Positions 17,855 to 26,755 of a DNA stretch of 64,000 bases are shown one piece after another. Source of the stretch: Chloroflexota bacterium (lineage in GTDB: Bacteria > Chloroflexota > Anaerolineae > Anaerolineales > UBA11579); assembly GCA_016191875.1 (NCBI GenBank), contig JACPVG010000029.1:272237-336236 (forward strand). The letters run 5' to 3'. The translations under genes and the position numbers were made by a program. The notes below the pieces were generated by a model. It searched no databases. It worked only from the letters and a program-made list of their open reading frames with translations, and had not been told where the DNA came from. Position 1 is the first letter of the stretch. Every line of letters begins with the position of its first letter.

Positions 17855-19066
17855 CTAGGCGCTCAGTCCGAGCGCGCGCAGCACCATTCGCCAGGTACGC
17901 GCAACAGCCGTGAACGGCACTGCTGCAGCGGAATCCAGATCCCAGAGACGTTGCAGATGCCGGATGAAACTGAGCCCTCTATATTTGGGCATTCGCCGAG
18001 ACCACAGATATTGGTGGAGGAATTCTCCAACCACCGGCCAGGGCCGCCGAAACTGGAAATAAGCGTTGATGCGGGCGCTGAAGTGTGTCGGCGTCCCACG
18101 CAGGTTGGCAAGCAGGGAGTTAGGGATCTTAACCTCAAAACCGCGCGCCAGATAGACAAAAGCGCGAGCCAGTTGTGGGGCAATTTCCAGCGTTCCTGCA
18201 CGCGCCAGCAGCAAATCCCAATCGATGCGCGGCCCTGCCTGGCGCAGCACCCAGACCGCGTCCGCCACCCAACGCATCGGTGGGATCGGGTCCCAGCGAA
18301 AACCCTGTAGACAGACCGTGATCAGCAGATCAGTGGGATTAAGCGCGAGCGCAGAGAGGTCACCGAACTGGATGGGGTCCGCCTGTGACCAGACCTCCCG
18401 GTTGAAGTCTTCGAAGGGCTGTTTTGCGTAGAAGAACCAATGCAGGTCCAGTTCCAACCCCAATGGGCCGACCATGTTAACCGCCCGCCGTTCCAGCCAG
18501 AAATCAGGCGGGAGTTCGCCGTACTTGTAGCGCCACCCTGATCTGACCAACAACTCATAAGCGGCCTGGGCGCGCTCGGGCTGCACCCCAAAATCAAAAT
18601 CCAGCATGGGTCGCAGGCCATGATCCTGATAGATCTGCCGCGCCAGAGCCGAGCCTTTGAGCAAGCAAACCGGGATTCCTACTGCCTGAAATCTCCTGAG
18701 TTCATCGGCGGCATAGCGGAACAGCAGCTGGTTGCTGGCCCAGGTGCGGCGGTAAACACCTCGCAGTCGCTGGTGGTGGCGGGAGGGAATCTGATGCCGA
18801 ATCAGGTTATCGTATAACAACGGCAGCAGCCGAAATGAGCCCATGTCGATCGTTTCGATATCAACCTGACGTTCCCATTGGTGATAAGCTTGCGCAGCGC
18901 GTTCGCCGCCCAGCAGGGCGGCCTGTAACAACAGGTGCTGCTCCGGGGTGGGCCATGCCGTGGCTGGGGACTCTGGTTTTGCTCGGCGCGGGCGGCCTCC
19001 TGGCTCCATGCCGGCAATCCTAACATACCTTGCATTGCCTGCCGTTCTCCTGCCCCAGTCCAGCAC
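17855..19066 (-). CDS. Uncharacterised nucleotidyltransferase family protein (NTP_transf_5-like)
   Basis: The pattern LLKGSALARQIY...RPMLDFDFGV...ELDLHWFF matches my memory of PF14907. Start uncertain (alternative MEPGG at residue 20). Confidence 0.65.
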   Translation of the reverse strand: MLDWGRRTAGNARYVRIAGMEPGGRPRRAKPESPATAWPTPEQHLLLQAALLGGERAAQAYHQWERQVDIETIDMGSFRLLPLLYDNLIRHQIPSRHHQRLRGVYRRTWASNQLLFRYAADELRRFQAVGIPVCLLKGSALARQIYQDHGLRPMLDFDFGVQPERAQAAYELLVRSGWRYKYGELPPDFWLERRAVNMVGPLGLELDLHWFFYAKQPFEDFNREVWSQADPIQFGDLSALALNPTDLLITVCLQGFRWDPIPPMRWVADAVWVLRQAGPRIDWDLLLARAGTLEIAPQLARAFVYLARGFEVKIPNSLLANLRGTPTHFSARINAYFQFRRPWPVVGEFLHQYLWSRRMPKYRGLSFIRHLQRLWDLDSAAAVPFTAVARTWRMVLRALGLSA

Positions 19067-19121
19067 CCGCCGATGCGTCGGGCGAGGTGATCGGTCTGGG
19101 GAGCACTGCGAACCTGCATGT

Positions 19122-19127
19122 TATAAT
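19122..19127 (+). promoter_or_regulatory. Candidate -10 box (TATAAT) for the PqqD-kinase-GT operon
   Basis: Exact TATAAT 29 nt upstream of ATG 19156 in a 90-bp divergent intergenic region. GAGGAG SD follows. No good -35 seen. Confidence 0.3.
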
Positions 19128-19155
19128 CCCGGCGTCCCATCCGTGAGGAGTTTCG

Positions 19156-19599
19156 ATGTTCTACATCACCAATCGGCCAACCGTTGTCGCCGAAAGTTTT
19201 GGCGATGAGACCGTCATCATCAACATGGAGACTGGCGTGTACTATAGCCTGGAAGGCAGCGCCGGCGCAGCGTGGAGCCTGCTGGAACAAGGCTGCACCG
19301 CCGACGAACTGATCGACCAGCTGGTTGCGGCCTACGACATCGACCGCGCCGCACTTGGCAACGCCCTCCAGTCTTTTCTGGAAGAACTGCTGGTGGAGGG
19401 CCTTGCCCGCCAGGCCGCGTCCGGCGAAGCGCGTTCCGGTGCGCTGGCTGCCCCGCTGCCTCCGGCTGGTTCTGTCTATTCCCCGCCCGGAATCAAGAAA
19501 TATGAAGACCTGCAGGACCTGCTGCTCCTGGATCCCATTCACGAAGTCGACGAAGAAATGGGATGGCCCAACCTAAAACCCGAATCCCCTCAAGAATGA
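19156..19599 (+). CDS. PqqD-family protein (RiPP recognition element-like) with ~60-aa C-terminal extension
   Basis: ETVIINMETGVYYSLEGSAGAAWSLLEQGCTADELIDQLVAAYDID...FLEELLVEGL is a typical PqqD/RRE wHTH pattern. The tail ...SVYSPPGIKKYEDLQDLLLLDPIHEVDEEMGWPNLKPESPQE lies beyond the domain. Confidence 0.75.
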   Translation: MFYITNRPTVVAESFGDETVIINMETGVYYSLEGSAGAAWSLLEQGCTADELIDQLVAAYDIDRAALGNALQSFLEELLVEGLARQAASGEARSGALAAPLPPAGSVYSPPGIKKYEDLQDLLLLDPIHEVDEEMGWPNLKPESPQE

Positions 19600-20618
19600 C
19601 CATTGGCGGGGGGCTGGTCGCGCAAACCGAGCACTCGTTTATCGAAGCGCTTGGGGGCGCCGCGCCGAGCGTGAGGCAATTTCGGATTGCGGGATTCCAT
19701 ATCCGCCTGGAATTTGCCTCGCCCGTCCTGGTCCCTTTTCTCTACTCTGCTTTTCAACACCTCGCCGAACCACCTACGGCCCAGGCCGACCTTATCATCC
19801 ATATCTGGGACAGCCAATCCACCGGCGCTCCACCGCCGCCTTTGCCAACATTTGACCGCGATGAAGTCTGGATACTCAAAACTTCCCGACTGCAGGCCTA
19901 CACGGTCACCCCTGGGCGTTCGTTCTATTTACTGAACTTCGGGCAGGGCCGCGCCTATTATTGGCTGGCGGCTCCTGACCTGTGGCAGCCGGAAATCAGT
20001 TCTCCAATCATCCCCATCCTGCACTGGTGGCTGCTCGAGCAGGGATGGGCGTTCCTGCACGCCGCGGCTGTGGGCGTGCAGGAACTGGGCGCAGCCTTGC
20101 TGGTTGGGCGCGGCGGGCGCGGAAAATCCAGCACCGCGTTGGCCTGCCTGAAGTCGCATCTGCTCCTGCTAGGGGATGATTATTGCCTCGCCAGACAGGA
20201 TGGGAGCCTGCACAGCCTGTTTTCCAGCGCCAAGCTGGATGACGCTTCACTGGTGCGGTTCCCCTACTTAGAATCTGCGCGCAGTCCGTTTAGCGCGCCC
20301 GATTGGGAAAAGCATCTGTTTTTCCTGTATCCGGCATTTCGTGAGAACCTGAGCGCCGAACTTTCCGCCCGCTGCATCCTGTTGCCGAGCGTCACTTCAG
20401 GACCAGACACCTTCTTCCGGCCAGCCAGACCAGCCCAGGCACTGGCTGCTCTGGCGCCGAGCACCCTGTATCAGTTGCGATTTACGCGTGAAGCAGACCG
20501 CATGCTGGCCATGATGCGCTCTCTGACCGATAACCTGCCTTGCTTCACTCTCCACCTGGGTCAGGACCAGGAGAAGATCCCGCAAGCGATTGAGGAGGTC
20601 CTTCGCCAGTGCGCGTGA
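19596..20618 (+). CDS. HPr-kinase-related P-loop kinase
   Basis: FLHAAAVGVQELGAALLVGRGGRGKSSTALACL...LLGDDYC resembles the HprK C-terminal catalytic core. ATG 19596 makes an ATGA overlap with the PqqD stop (track start 19563). Confidence 0.7.
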   Translation: MTIGGGLVAQTEHSFIEALGGAAPSVRQFRIAGFHIRLEFASPVLVPFLYSAFQHLAEPPTAQADLIIHIWDSQSTGAPPPPLPTFDRDEVWILKTSRLQAYTVTPGRSFYLLNFGQGRAYYWLAAPDLWQPEISSPIIPILHWWLLEQGWAFLHAAAVGVQELGAALLVGRGGRGKSSTALACLKSHLLLLGDDYCLARQDGSLHSLFSSAKLDDASLVRFPYLESARSPFSAPDWEKHLFFLYPAFRENLSAELSARCILLPSVTSGPDTFFRPARPAQALAALAPSTLYQLRFTREADRMLAMMRSLTDNLPCFTLHLGQDQEKIPQAIEEVLRQCA

Positions 20619-21733
20619 TGCTCTGGAGTGAGTTCTATTTTCCCGATGTGGGCGGTTTGGAAGTATGGGCATATAACCTGATGCAGGCACTGCGGCCGCG
20701 CGGTTTTGAGTTCGTTGTGCTGGCGTCGCACGGCGGGAAATCAACTTCGGACGAAGATCTCATCGATGGCGTGCCGGTCTACCGGTTCCCGCTCCTTCAA
20801 GCGTTGGAGAAGAGGGACCTGATGGCTTTCAAGCGCGCCACGCAGCGAATCAAAGCCATCCACGCCGAATTCCAGCCGGATGTCATACACATCAACTGCC
20901 TTCCATGCAGTTTCCTCTATTTTCGCGCCGGGTTGGATAAACTTACTCCCACTTTCACCACCTTGCATGCGCTGCGGATCACTGGAGAGGGCATCAACCG
21001 GCTCATGAGTGAGCTGTTCCGCGCCTCGCACGCGATCACGGCGGTCTCGCGCTACATCCTGGAATCTGCATTGACAGTCGCTCCGGATATCCTCCCGCGT
21101 GCGGAAGTGGTTTATAACGGAAAGCCCCTGCCGTCGCTCGCTCCGGCTCCGCTCTCGCTGGAACCGCCCGTTTTTCTTCTTTATGGTCGTTGGGTGCACG
21201 ACAAAGGCTTCGACACGGGCATCGAAGCCTTTCGTTTGCTTGCGGCGGAATATCCACTGGCGCGGTTGTGGATCGCCGGTCATGGCCTCAAAGAAAGGGC
21301 CCTGAAAGAGCAGACGGCACAGTTGGGTCTGACTTCTCAGGTGGAGTTCCTGGGTGTGGTTGCTCCCGAGGAAATTCCCGGCCTGCTCAACCAGACTTCG
21401 GCCGTGCTGGTGCCTTCGCGCTGGGAGGAGCCCTTTGGCCTGGTGGCTTTGGAGGCTGGCCAGATGGCCCGGCCGGTCATTGCGTCTCGCGCTGGCGGCC
21501 TGCCTGAGGTAGTAGCGGATGGCCAGACCGGGCTGCTCGTGCCCAAGGAAGACCCTGCCGCCTTGGCCGGGGCGATGCGCTGGCTGCTCGACCATCCTGC
21601 GCGGGCCGTGGAAATGGGCCAAGCCGGACGCGCTCGCGCGGAGACGATGTTTGGCTTCGAACCCATGGTCGCTCGTTTCGAGGCGCTCTATCGCCAGACG
21701 GCGGCCATGCCGATCTTCAGTTCCTTGCCATGA
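20609..21733 (+). CDS. Glycosyltransferase family 4 (GT-B)
   Basis: EPFGLVALEAGQMARPVIASRAGGLPEVVADGQTGLLV (E-X7-E region). The likely start is ATG 20618 (TGATG overlap with the kinase stop). Confidence 0.85.
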   Translation: MRVMLWSEFYFPDVGGLEVWAYNLMQALRPRGFEFVVLASHGGKSTSDEDLIDGVPVYRFPLLQALEKRDLMAFKRATQRIKAIHAEFQPDVIHINCLPCSFLYFRAGLDKLTPTFTTLHALRITGEGINRLMSELFRASHAITAVSRYILESALTVAPDILPRAEVVYNGKPLPSLAPAPLSLEPPVFLLYGRWVHDKGFDTGIEAFRLLAAEYPLARLWIAGHGLKERALKEQTAQLGLTSQVEFLGVVAPEEIPGLLNQTSAVLVPSRWEEPFGLVALEAGQMARPVIASRAGGLPEVVADGQTGLLVPKEDPAALAGAMRWLLDHPARAVEMGQAGRARAETMFGFEPMVARFEALYRQTAAMPIFSSLP

Positions 21734-22632
21734 ATGACCAGCGCCGGCCCAACTTCTTTCTCATCGGCGCGGCGAAAGCCGGCACCACCTCGCTGTACTA
21801 CGCCTTGCGCCAGCATCCGCAGGTGTTCCTCAGTCCCATCAAAGAGCCAAGCTATTTCAGCGGCCAACCGATAATCAATGGCCCAACCTATCTGAACCGC
21901 GACCAAACCCATGTAAAAGACCGCGTTCGGTATGCTGCACTATTTGCCGAAAGCGATGGCTATCCCGTCGTCGGTGACTTTTCCACCTCGTACCTGGCGC
22001 TCTCGGATGTCGCCGCGCCGGCGATCGCGGCTGAGTGTCCCGATGCCAGATTGGCGGCTGTGCTGCGCGACCCGGCCGAGCGTGCCTTTTCGCATTTTGT
22101 CATGCATCGGCAACTGCTTATGGAGCCCGAAAAGCGCTTCGAGGCCGCGTTGGATGATGAACCGCGCCGAATTGCCAACAGCTGGGAATGGGCGCTCTGC
22201 TACAGCGCCACCAGCCAGTACGCCCGCCAGTTGACACCGTATTTGGAACGCTTCCCCCGCCGCCAAATCGGTATCTATGATTACGAGGATTGGAAGAACA
22301 ACCCCGAGACCTTCCTGCGAACATTATTTGAGTTTCTGGAAATCGACCCGGACTTCCAGCCAGATACCCGCAGGCGTTATCAACTCGGAGTTCTGCCGCG
22401 CTGGCGCGCCGCCGAGCAGTTCATCAAAGTCGCTAACCCGTTCACGTTTCCACTGCGGAGGATCCTGGCTGCCCGCACGCGGGATGCCCTTCGCCAGCGG
22501 GCGCTCCGGTGGAATTCCTATAAGCCAGAGATGAGTCCGGCTGAGCGGGCGCATATGATTGCGCTCTGCCGCGATGACATCCTGGAGCTTCAAGAACTGC
22601 TTGGCCGAGACTACAGCACCTGGTTAGAATAG
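21730..22632 (+). CDS. Sulfotransferase (PAPS-dependent type)
   Basis: 5'-PSB loop FLIGAAKAGTTSL. 3'-PB-like LRDPAERAFSHF. ATGA overlap with the GT4 gene. Confidence 0.85.
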   Translation: MNDQRRPNFFLIGAAKAGTTSLYYALRQHPQVFLSPIKEPSYFSGQPIINGPTYLNRDQTHVKDRVRYAALFAESDGYPVVGDFSTSYLALSDVAAPAIAAECPDARLAAVLRDPAERAFSHFVMHRQLLMEPEKRFEAALDDEPRRIANSWEWALCYSATSQYARQLTPYLERFPRRQIGIYDYEDWKNNPETFLRTLFEFLEIDPDFQPDTRRRYQLGVLPRWRAAEQFIKVANPFTFPLRRILAARTRDALRQRALRWNSYKPEMSPAERAHMIALCRDDILELQELLGRDYSTWLE

Positions 22633-22636
22633 CCGT

Positions 22637-23320
22637 ATGAGCGAGTTTCCGCTGATCAGCGTTGTCATGCCTGCTTTCAACGCCGCCGCATTCATTGGCG
22701 ACGCCATTCAAAGTGCACTGGCGCAAACCTATCTTCGGCTGGAGGTCATCGTGGTGGATGACGGCTCCACGGATGGCACTGCCCAGATTGTGCGGGACTT
22801 TGCAGAGCGCGTGGCCTTGATCCAGAAATCCCACCAGGGCATAGCCAAGACCCGCAATGCGGCCATCGCCGCCGCGGGCGGGGAAATGCTTGCTTTTCTG
22901 GATGCGGACGATCTGTGGCTGCCCGAAAAGCTGGAGCGGCAGACTTCTTACCTTTTCTCCAACCCGCAGCTCGACATGGTGTTTTCTGCCGTCCGCCAGT
23001 TCGCTGATCCGCGGGGCACGGTGCGTCTTGACCCGCGTTACGAGACAATGCAAGGCAAGTTGGCTAGCACCATGCTAATCCGAAGGGGCAGTTTTGAGAG
23101 AGCAGGCTGGTTTGACCCGCAGCATCTGGCCTCTGAGTTCGTGGCCTGGGTCCTGCAAGCGGAGGCGAAAGGTCTGACCAGTGACGTACTTCCTGAAGTG
23201 CTCACCCTAAGACGGTTGCATGATAACAATAACGGCCTGCGCCAGCGAGACCTTCAAAGCAGGGAGTATTTGGCTTTGCTCAAGCGGCGGCTGGATCAAC
23301 GACGACGCGACGGGGATTGA
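22637..23320 (+). CDS. Glycosyltransferase family 2 (GT-A)
   Basis: ISVVMPAFNAAAFIGDAIQSALAQTY, VIVVDDGSTDGT, FLDADD. Confidence 0.9.
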   Translation: MSEFPLISVVMPAFNAAAFIGDAIQSALAQTYLRLEVIVVDDGSTDGTAQIVRDFAERVALIQKSHQGIAKTRNAAIAAAGGEMLAFLDADDLWLPEKLERQTSYLFSNPQLDMVFSAVRQFADPRGTVRLDPRYETMQGKLASTMLIRRGSFERAGWFDPQHLASEFVAWVLQAEAKGLTSDVLPEVLTLRRLHDNNNGLRQRDLQSREYLALLKRRLDQRRRDGD

Positions 23321-23361
23321 TGAACGCCGAGGACAGTCCGGGTCTGATGCCCGTCATCGTC

Positions 23362-25137
23362 TCAGCGCCAACCTCCTTGCCGCCAGCGCATCACGCGCGG
23401 CCTGGCCCAGATGCCCAACGCCCCAGCCAGACTGCCCAAAACGAATGCATAGATCAGATCCCGATGCTGTGGCGACGGATACACGCTCAGGATGCGTTGC
23501 TTGACCCACTGAACCACAGTCGGCTTGCGAATCAAGTAATCGGTGATGATTTCGACCTGCACCGGGCTCAGGTCCGGGTTGGGCATCAACGAGTTGGGGT
23601 TGTCGAAGCCCGTCAGTGTCAGGTGTTCGCGTATCCACACGCGCAGGCGGTCATCGCCCTGCGCCGCGCGTACTGCCCGACGCGCCTCCCGCTCCTCGGG
23701 AGAGTTGTCCCCAGTCTGATCAAGCGCGTCCAGAGTCTCCAGGTAGGCTGCGGAATTCAGCCGGGCGGCAAGTCGGTCGTATAAATAATAAGGGTCCAAT
23801 GACGGGCCGATATTACCTTGTTGGCCGTAGAGCGTGTGGCATCCCAGGCAGCCCAGGTGACCAAGTAGTGCGGGCACATTGGTATCCACCACTGTGCCAA
23901 TCACCGTGGGATGGGCGCGATCCGGTTCGTAGCTGAGACGGTACAACCCGCTTCCGGTTTCGTTTTCAGGCAGAAAGGGTGAAAAATACAGACCGTCCGG
24001 ACCCAAAGCCAAACCCACCAGACCTTGGCTCTCGCCGGCATAATGCAGGAGGTAGTCGGGCGCGGCGGCTGCCCGACCGGTAGACAGATCCACTTGCAGG
24101 CGCAGAATGCCGGGCTTTACGTTGAAACCTTCGCTGCCTTCCCAGTAGGAGTTGCCGACCGAGGCAAGGTAGAACTGGCCGCGATACTCCGGCGGAAGGG
24201 TGGTGTAGTCAGGCGGAACGAATTCCAGACCGGAAGGGCCGTTGGCGGGGAAGAATGCAAAGATAGGATTCACGCCTATGCTATTGTCTGTGCCGTCGTA
24301 CCAGTAGTTGCCGCCTGCAACGATCTCTATGAAGCGGTCCATTCGAAGGCCATTATCGCCCACAAACATCCGCCCGCCGGGCAAAATCTCCAACGCAAAG
24401 GGGTTGCGCAGACCGCTGGCCCAGACGAACTCGCTGTAATCGAACGGGTCATCGTTGAGCGGGTAGGGGTTGCCGGGAGCGGGGTTGAAGTCGAGATCGA
24501 AGCGCAGGATCTTTCCCAAAAACGCCTGGAGGTCGCTTGAGCGGGCGCCTTGGGTGCCATCCCCCACCGAGACATATAGCGCGCCGTCGTAGATCTCGCA
24601 GGCGCCAATTTGGTGGTTGCCGAACACGCGGATGGTATTGAAAAAATCCGCGGCCAGCATATCTGCGCCAAATGAAGCGAGGCCAAAGACTCCTGGCTGA
24701 CTGCGAAAGCGGGCCATCCGGTTGACGCGAGTTTTGCCCTTGGTGAATTCACTCCACGTCACAAAAACATAGCCCTCTTCTGGAGCGAGGCACAGCCCGC
24801 CCAGGCCATATTCGCCCACGAATTCCGTACCGCCCAGAGAGGTGAACTCGTCGGCGAAAATATGCACCTGCCCGTCGTTGGTGACAACCTTGATAACTCC
24901 GTTCAGTTCGGCCACAAACAGCCGCACATCGCCTGGCGCGGGACCGGGTTCGGGAACGAAGGCGATGGCTGTCACAAGATGGAACCCGTCCACCACTCGC
25001 TCAAGCGCGAAACCCGGAGGCACGGCCCACTCCAGAGCCGGATCGGTGGGGGTGGATATTTCGGTGGGGGCGGGCGAGGAGCAGGCAGCGCCCAGGACTG
25101 TCAGCATAACGAAGAGGAACCAAGCGCGGACACTCAT
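23362..25137 (-). CDS. Lipoprotein: beta-propeller (glucose/sorbosone dehydrogenase-like) domain fused to a c-type cytochrome domain and a C-terminal TM anchor
   Basis: The internal ATG at 25137 gives MSVRAWFLFVMLTVLGAACSS (lipobox). Propeller-like repeats (ALYVSVGDGT, GLRNPFAL). Heme motif GCLGCH with downstream SLMP. Terminal hydrophobic helix. The track N-terminal extension to 25455 is rejected. Confidence 0.55.
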   Translation of the reverse strand: MSVRAWFLFVMLTVLGAACSSPAPTEISTPTDPALEWAVPPGFALERVVDGFHLVTAIAFVPEPGPAPGDVRLFVAELNGVIKVVTNDGQVHIFADEFTSLGGTEFVGEYGLGGLCLAPEEGYVFVTWSEFTKGKTRVNRMARFRSQPGVFGLASFGADMLAADFFNTIRVFGNHQIGACEIYDGALYVSVGDGTQGARSSDLQAFLGKILRFDLDFNPAPGNPYPLNDDPFDYSEFVWASGLRNPFALEILPGGRMFVGDNGLRMDRFIEIVAGGNYWYDGTDNSIGVNPIFAFFPANGPSGLEFVPPDYTTLPPEYRGQFYLASVGNSYWEGSEGFNVKPGILRLQVDLSTGRAAAAPDYLLHYAGESQGLVGLALGPDGLYFSPFLPENETGSGLYRLSYEPDRAHPTVIGTVVDTNVPALLGHLGCLGCHTLYGQQGNIGPSLDPYYLYDRLAARLNSAAYLETLDALDQTGDNSPEEREARRAVRAAQGDDRLRVWIREHLTLTGFDNPNSLMPNPDLSPVQVEIITDYLIRKPTVVQWVKQRILSVYPSPQHRDLIYAFVLGSLAGALGIWARPRVMRWRQGGWR

Positions 25138-25343
25138 GGCCGAATTATAGGCCGGAAAGACCGTTGGTGGCCGAACCCAGGCCCATGGCATCTGTAGGTC
25201 TGGAAAGCCGTGGGGCCGGATCTGCAATAGATTGATGACATGATAGGGACAAATGCCCCGATTGTGTGGGGGTGAGATGTCCGGCTTTTGGGCGATTCGC
25301 TGTGCGGAGCCAAAATAGCCCTTACTCCGAGCGGATTTCTCTG

Positions 25344-25349
25344 TATAAT
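25344..25349 (+). promoter_or_regulatory. Candidate -10 box (TATAAT) upstream of the thiolase gene, followed by a 7-bp hairpin (25363-25384)
   Basis: Exact TATAAT. TGTCCCT / AGGGACA stem with an 8-nt loop ending 4 nt before ATG 25389. The only SD-like purines (AAGGGA) lie in the 3' arm. Confidence 0.3.
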
Positions 25350-25388
25350 GAAATTGCAAGCCTGTCCCTCCATCCCAAGGGACAAAGC

Positions 25389-26753
25389 ATGAGACCAGTT
25401 TACGCAATTTCAGGGGGAGTGTCGAAATTTGCCAAGGCGCGACCGGACAAGACATTCCCGGCTGTCGTCCAGGAAGCCTACGCGTATGCCATCGCAGATA
25501 TCGGGTTGGAATTCCCGGCGTTCACGCGCCTGGCGGATGGCTCCGTTGCCTCCTATTTTTCAGACCACTTTACGCGCCAGTTGATGGCTGGCATTATGGT
25601 GCAGGACTATCTGGGCCTGTGCCCCAAACCCAGTCACCGTGTGGAGGGCGGCGGCGCGACCGGTGGGCTGTGTTTCCAGGAGGCCTGGAAATCAGTGGCC
25701 AGTGGTCACATGGATGTGTGTGTGGCCTACGGTTTCGAGACCATGAGCCATGTGGAAACCTGGAAAGGCAACGAGTTCATCGCCCTGGCCTCGGACGTTT
25801 CTTTTGACTACCCGGTGGGCGGGTTCTACTCCGGGTATTACGCCATGATGGTGACGCGCCACATGAAAGAATTCGGCACCACCGCCGAACAGTTGGCGCA
25901 TGTAAGCGTGAAGAACCATCAGAACGCGTTCCACAATCCCTATGCACAGAAACGCAGTCGCCTGACGATAGAGGACGTGCGGACCGCACCGATGGTGGCC
26001 TGGCCGCTCACCCGGCTGGATATCTGCGTCATGTCGGATGGGGCGGCGGTGACGCTGTTGGCTTCCGAAGAGGGACTGCGAAGACTGGAGGACGCGGGCG
26101 CGCACATCGCGCGGCCGCTCGTCCGGGTAAAGGGAATTGGACGCGGCACGGATGCCATGCGCATGGCCGATCGACCGCACACGGATTATGACTATTTTAT
26201 GGAACACTATGCCACCGAGCAGGAAAAAGGCTCGGATGAAACCCGCCGATACTACAAGGCGCTCTGGAAACAGGGCACGCGCTATCCCGGCGTACACTCC
26301 TTCCGGGCCGGGCGCACGGCGGGGAACATGGCCTACCGGCAGGCTGGAATCGAAAACCCGCTGGCCGAGCTGGATTTCATTGAGCTGCATGATGCTTATA
26401 CCTCAAGCGAGATTCAAACTTACGAAGATATGGGGCTGTGCCGCTACGGCGAGGGTGGGCCATTCGCGGCCTCCGGCAAGGCGTTCATGCCCGGTGTGGA
26501 GTATGGCCTGAGACTCTCCGAAAAGCCGGTCTGCCCGGTAAACCCATCCGGCGGGCTGATCGCCTGCGGTCACCCGGTAGGGGCCACAGGCCTGATGCAG
26601 GCCGTTTTCGCCATCTGGCAGCTGCAGGGCAGCCTCGGGAAACACTTTGGCGACGAGACCCTGCAAGTGCGGGGCGCGCAGCGAGGGGCGATTCATTCAC
26701 ATGCCGGCACCGGAACCTACGTCACTGTCAGTATCCTGGAACAGGAGGCCTAG
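25389..26753 (+). CDS. Thiolase-like protein (archaeal/SCP-x-type acetyl-CoA C-acyltransferase family)
   Basis: MRPVYAISGGVSKFAKA..., ELHDAYTSSEIQTYEDMGL, NPSGGLIACGHPVGATG. Start chosen at the first ATG after the intergenic hairpin. Confidence 0.85.
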   Translation: MRPVYAISGGVSKFAKARPDKTFPAVVQEAYAYAIADIGLEFPAFTRLADGSVASYFSDHFTRQLMAGIMVQDYLGLCPKPSHRVEGGGATGGLCFQEAWKSVASGHMDVCVAYGFETMSHVETWKGNEFIALASDVSFDYPVGGFYSGYYAMMVTRHMKEFGTTAEQLAHVSVKNHQNAFHNPYAQKRSRLTIEDVRTAPMVAWPLTRLDICVMSDGAAVTLLASEEGLRRLEDAGAHIARPLVRVKGIGRGTDAMRMADRPHTDYDYFMEHYATEQEKGSDETRRYYKALWKQGTRYPGVHSFRAGRTAGNMAYRQAGIENPLAELDFIELHDAYTSSEIQTYEDMGLCRYGEGGPFAASGKAFMPGVEYGLRLSEKPVCPVNPSGGLIACGHPVGATGLMQAVFAIWQLQGSLGKHFGDETLQVRGAQRGAIHSHAGTGTYVTVSILEQEA

Positions 26754-26755
26754 CC

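Noticed and set aside
17855-23320. Interpretation as a lasso-peptide biosynthetic gene cluster
   Set aside because: No Asn-synthetase-like cyclase, no transglutaminase-like leader peptidase and no precursor ORF are present. Only the RRE and tailoring-type genes are there, so I report it as an orphan cassette instead.
25138-25455. N-terminal 106-aa extension of track ORF 23362..25455. Similar extensions occur in 1345..2583, 25266..26753, 26438..27301, 30268..30807, 33513..33962 and 58642..61932.
   Set aside because: The extensions overlap neighbouring genes or intergenic promoters. Internal ATGs give canonical N-termini (lipobox signal, MCLGVPG for HypC, MHELAV for HypA, etc.).
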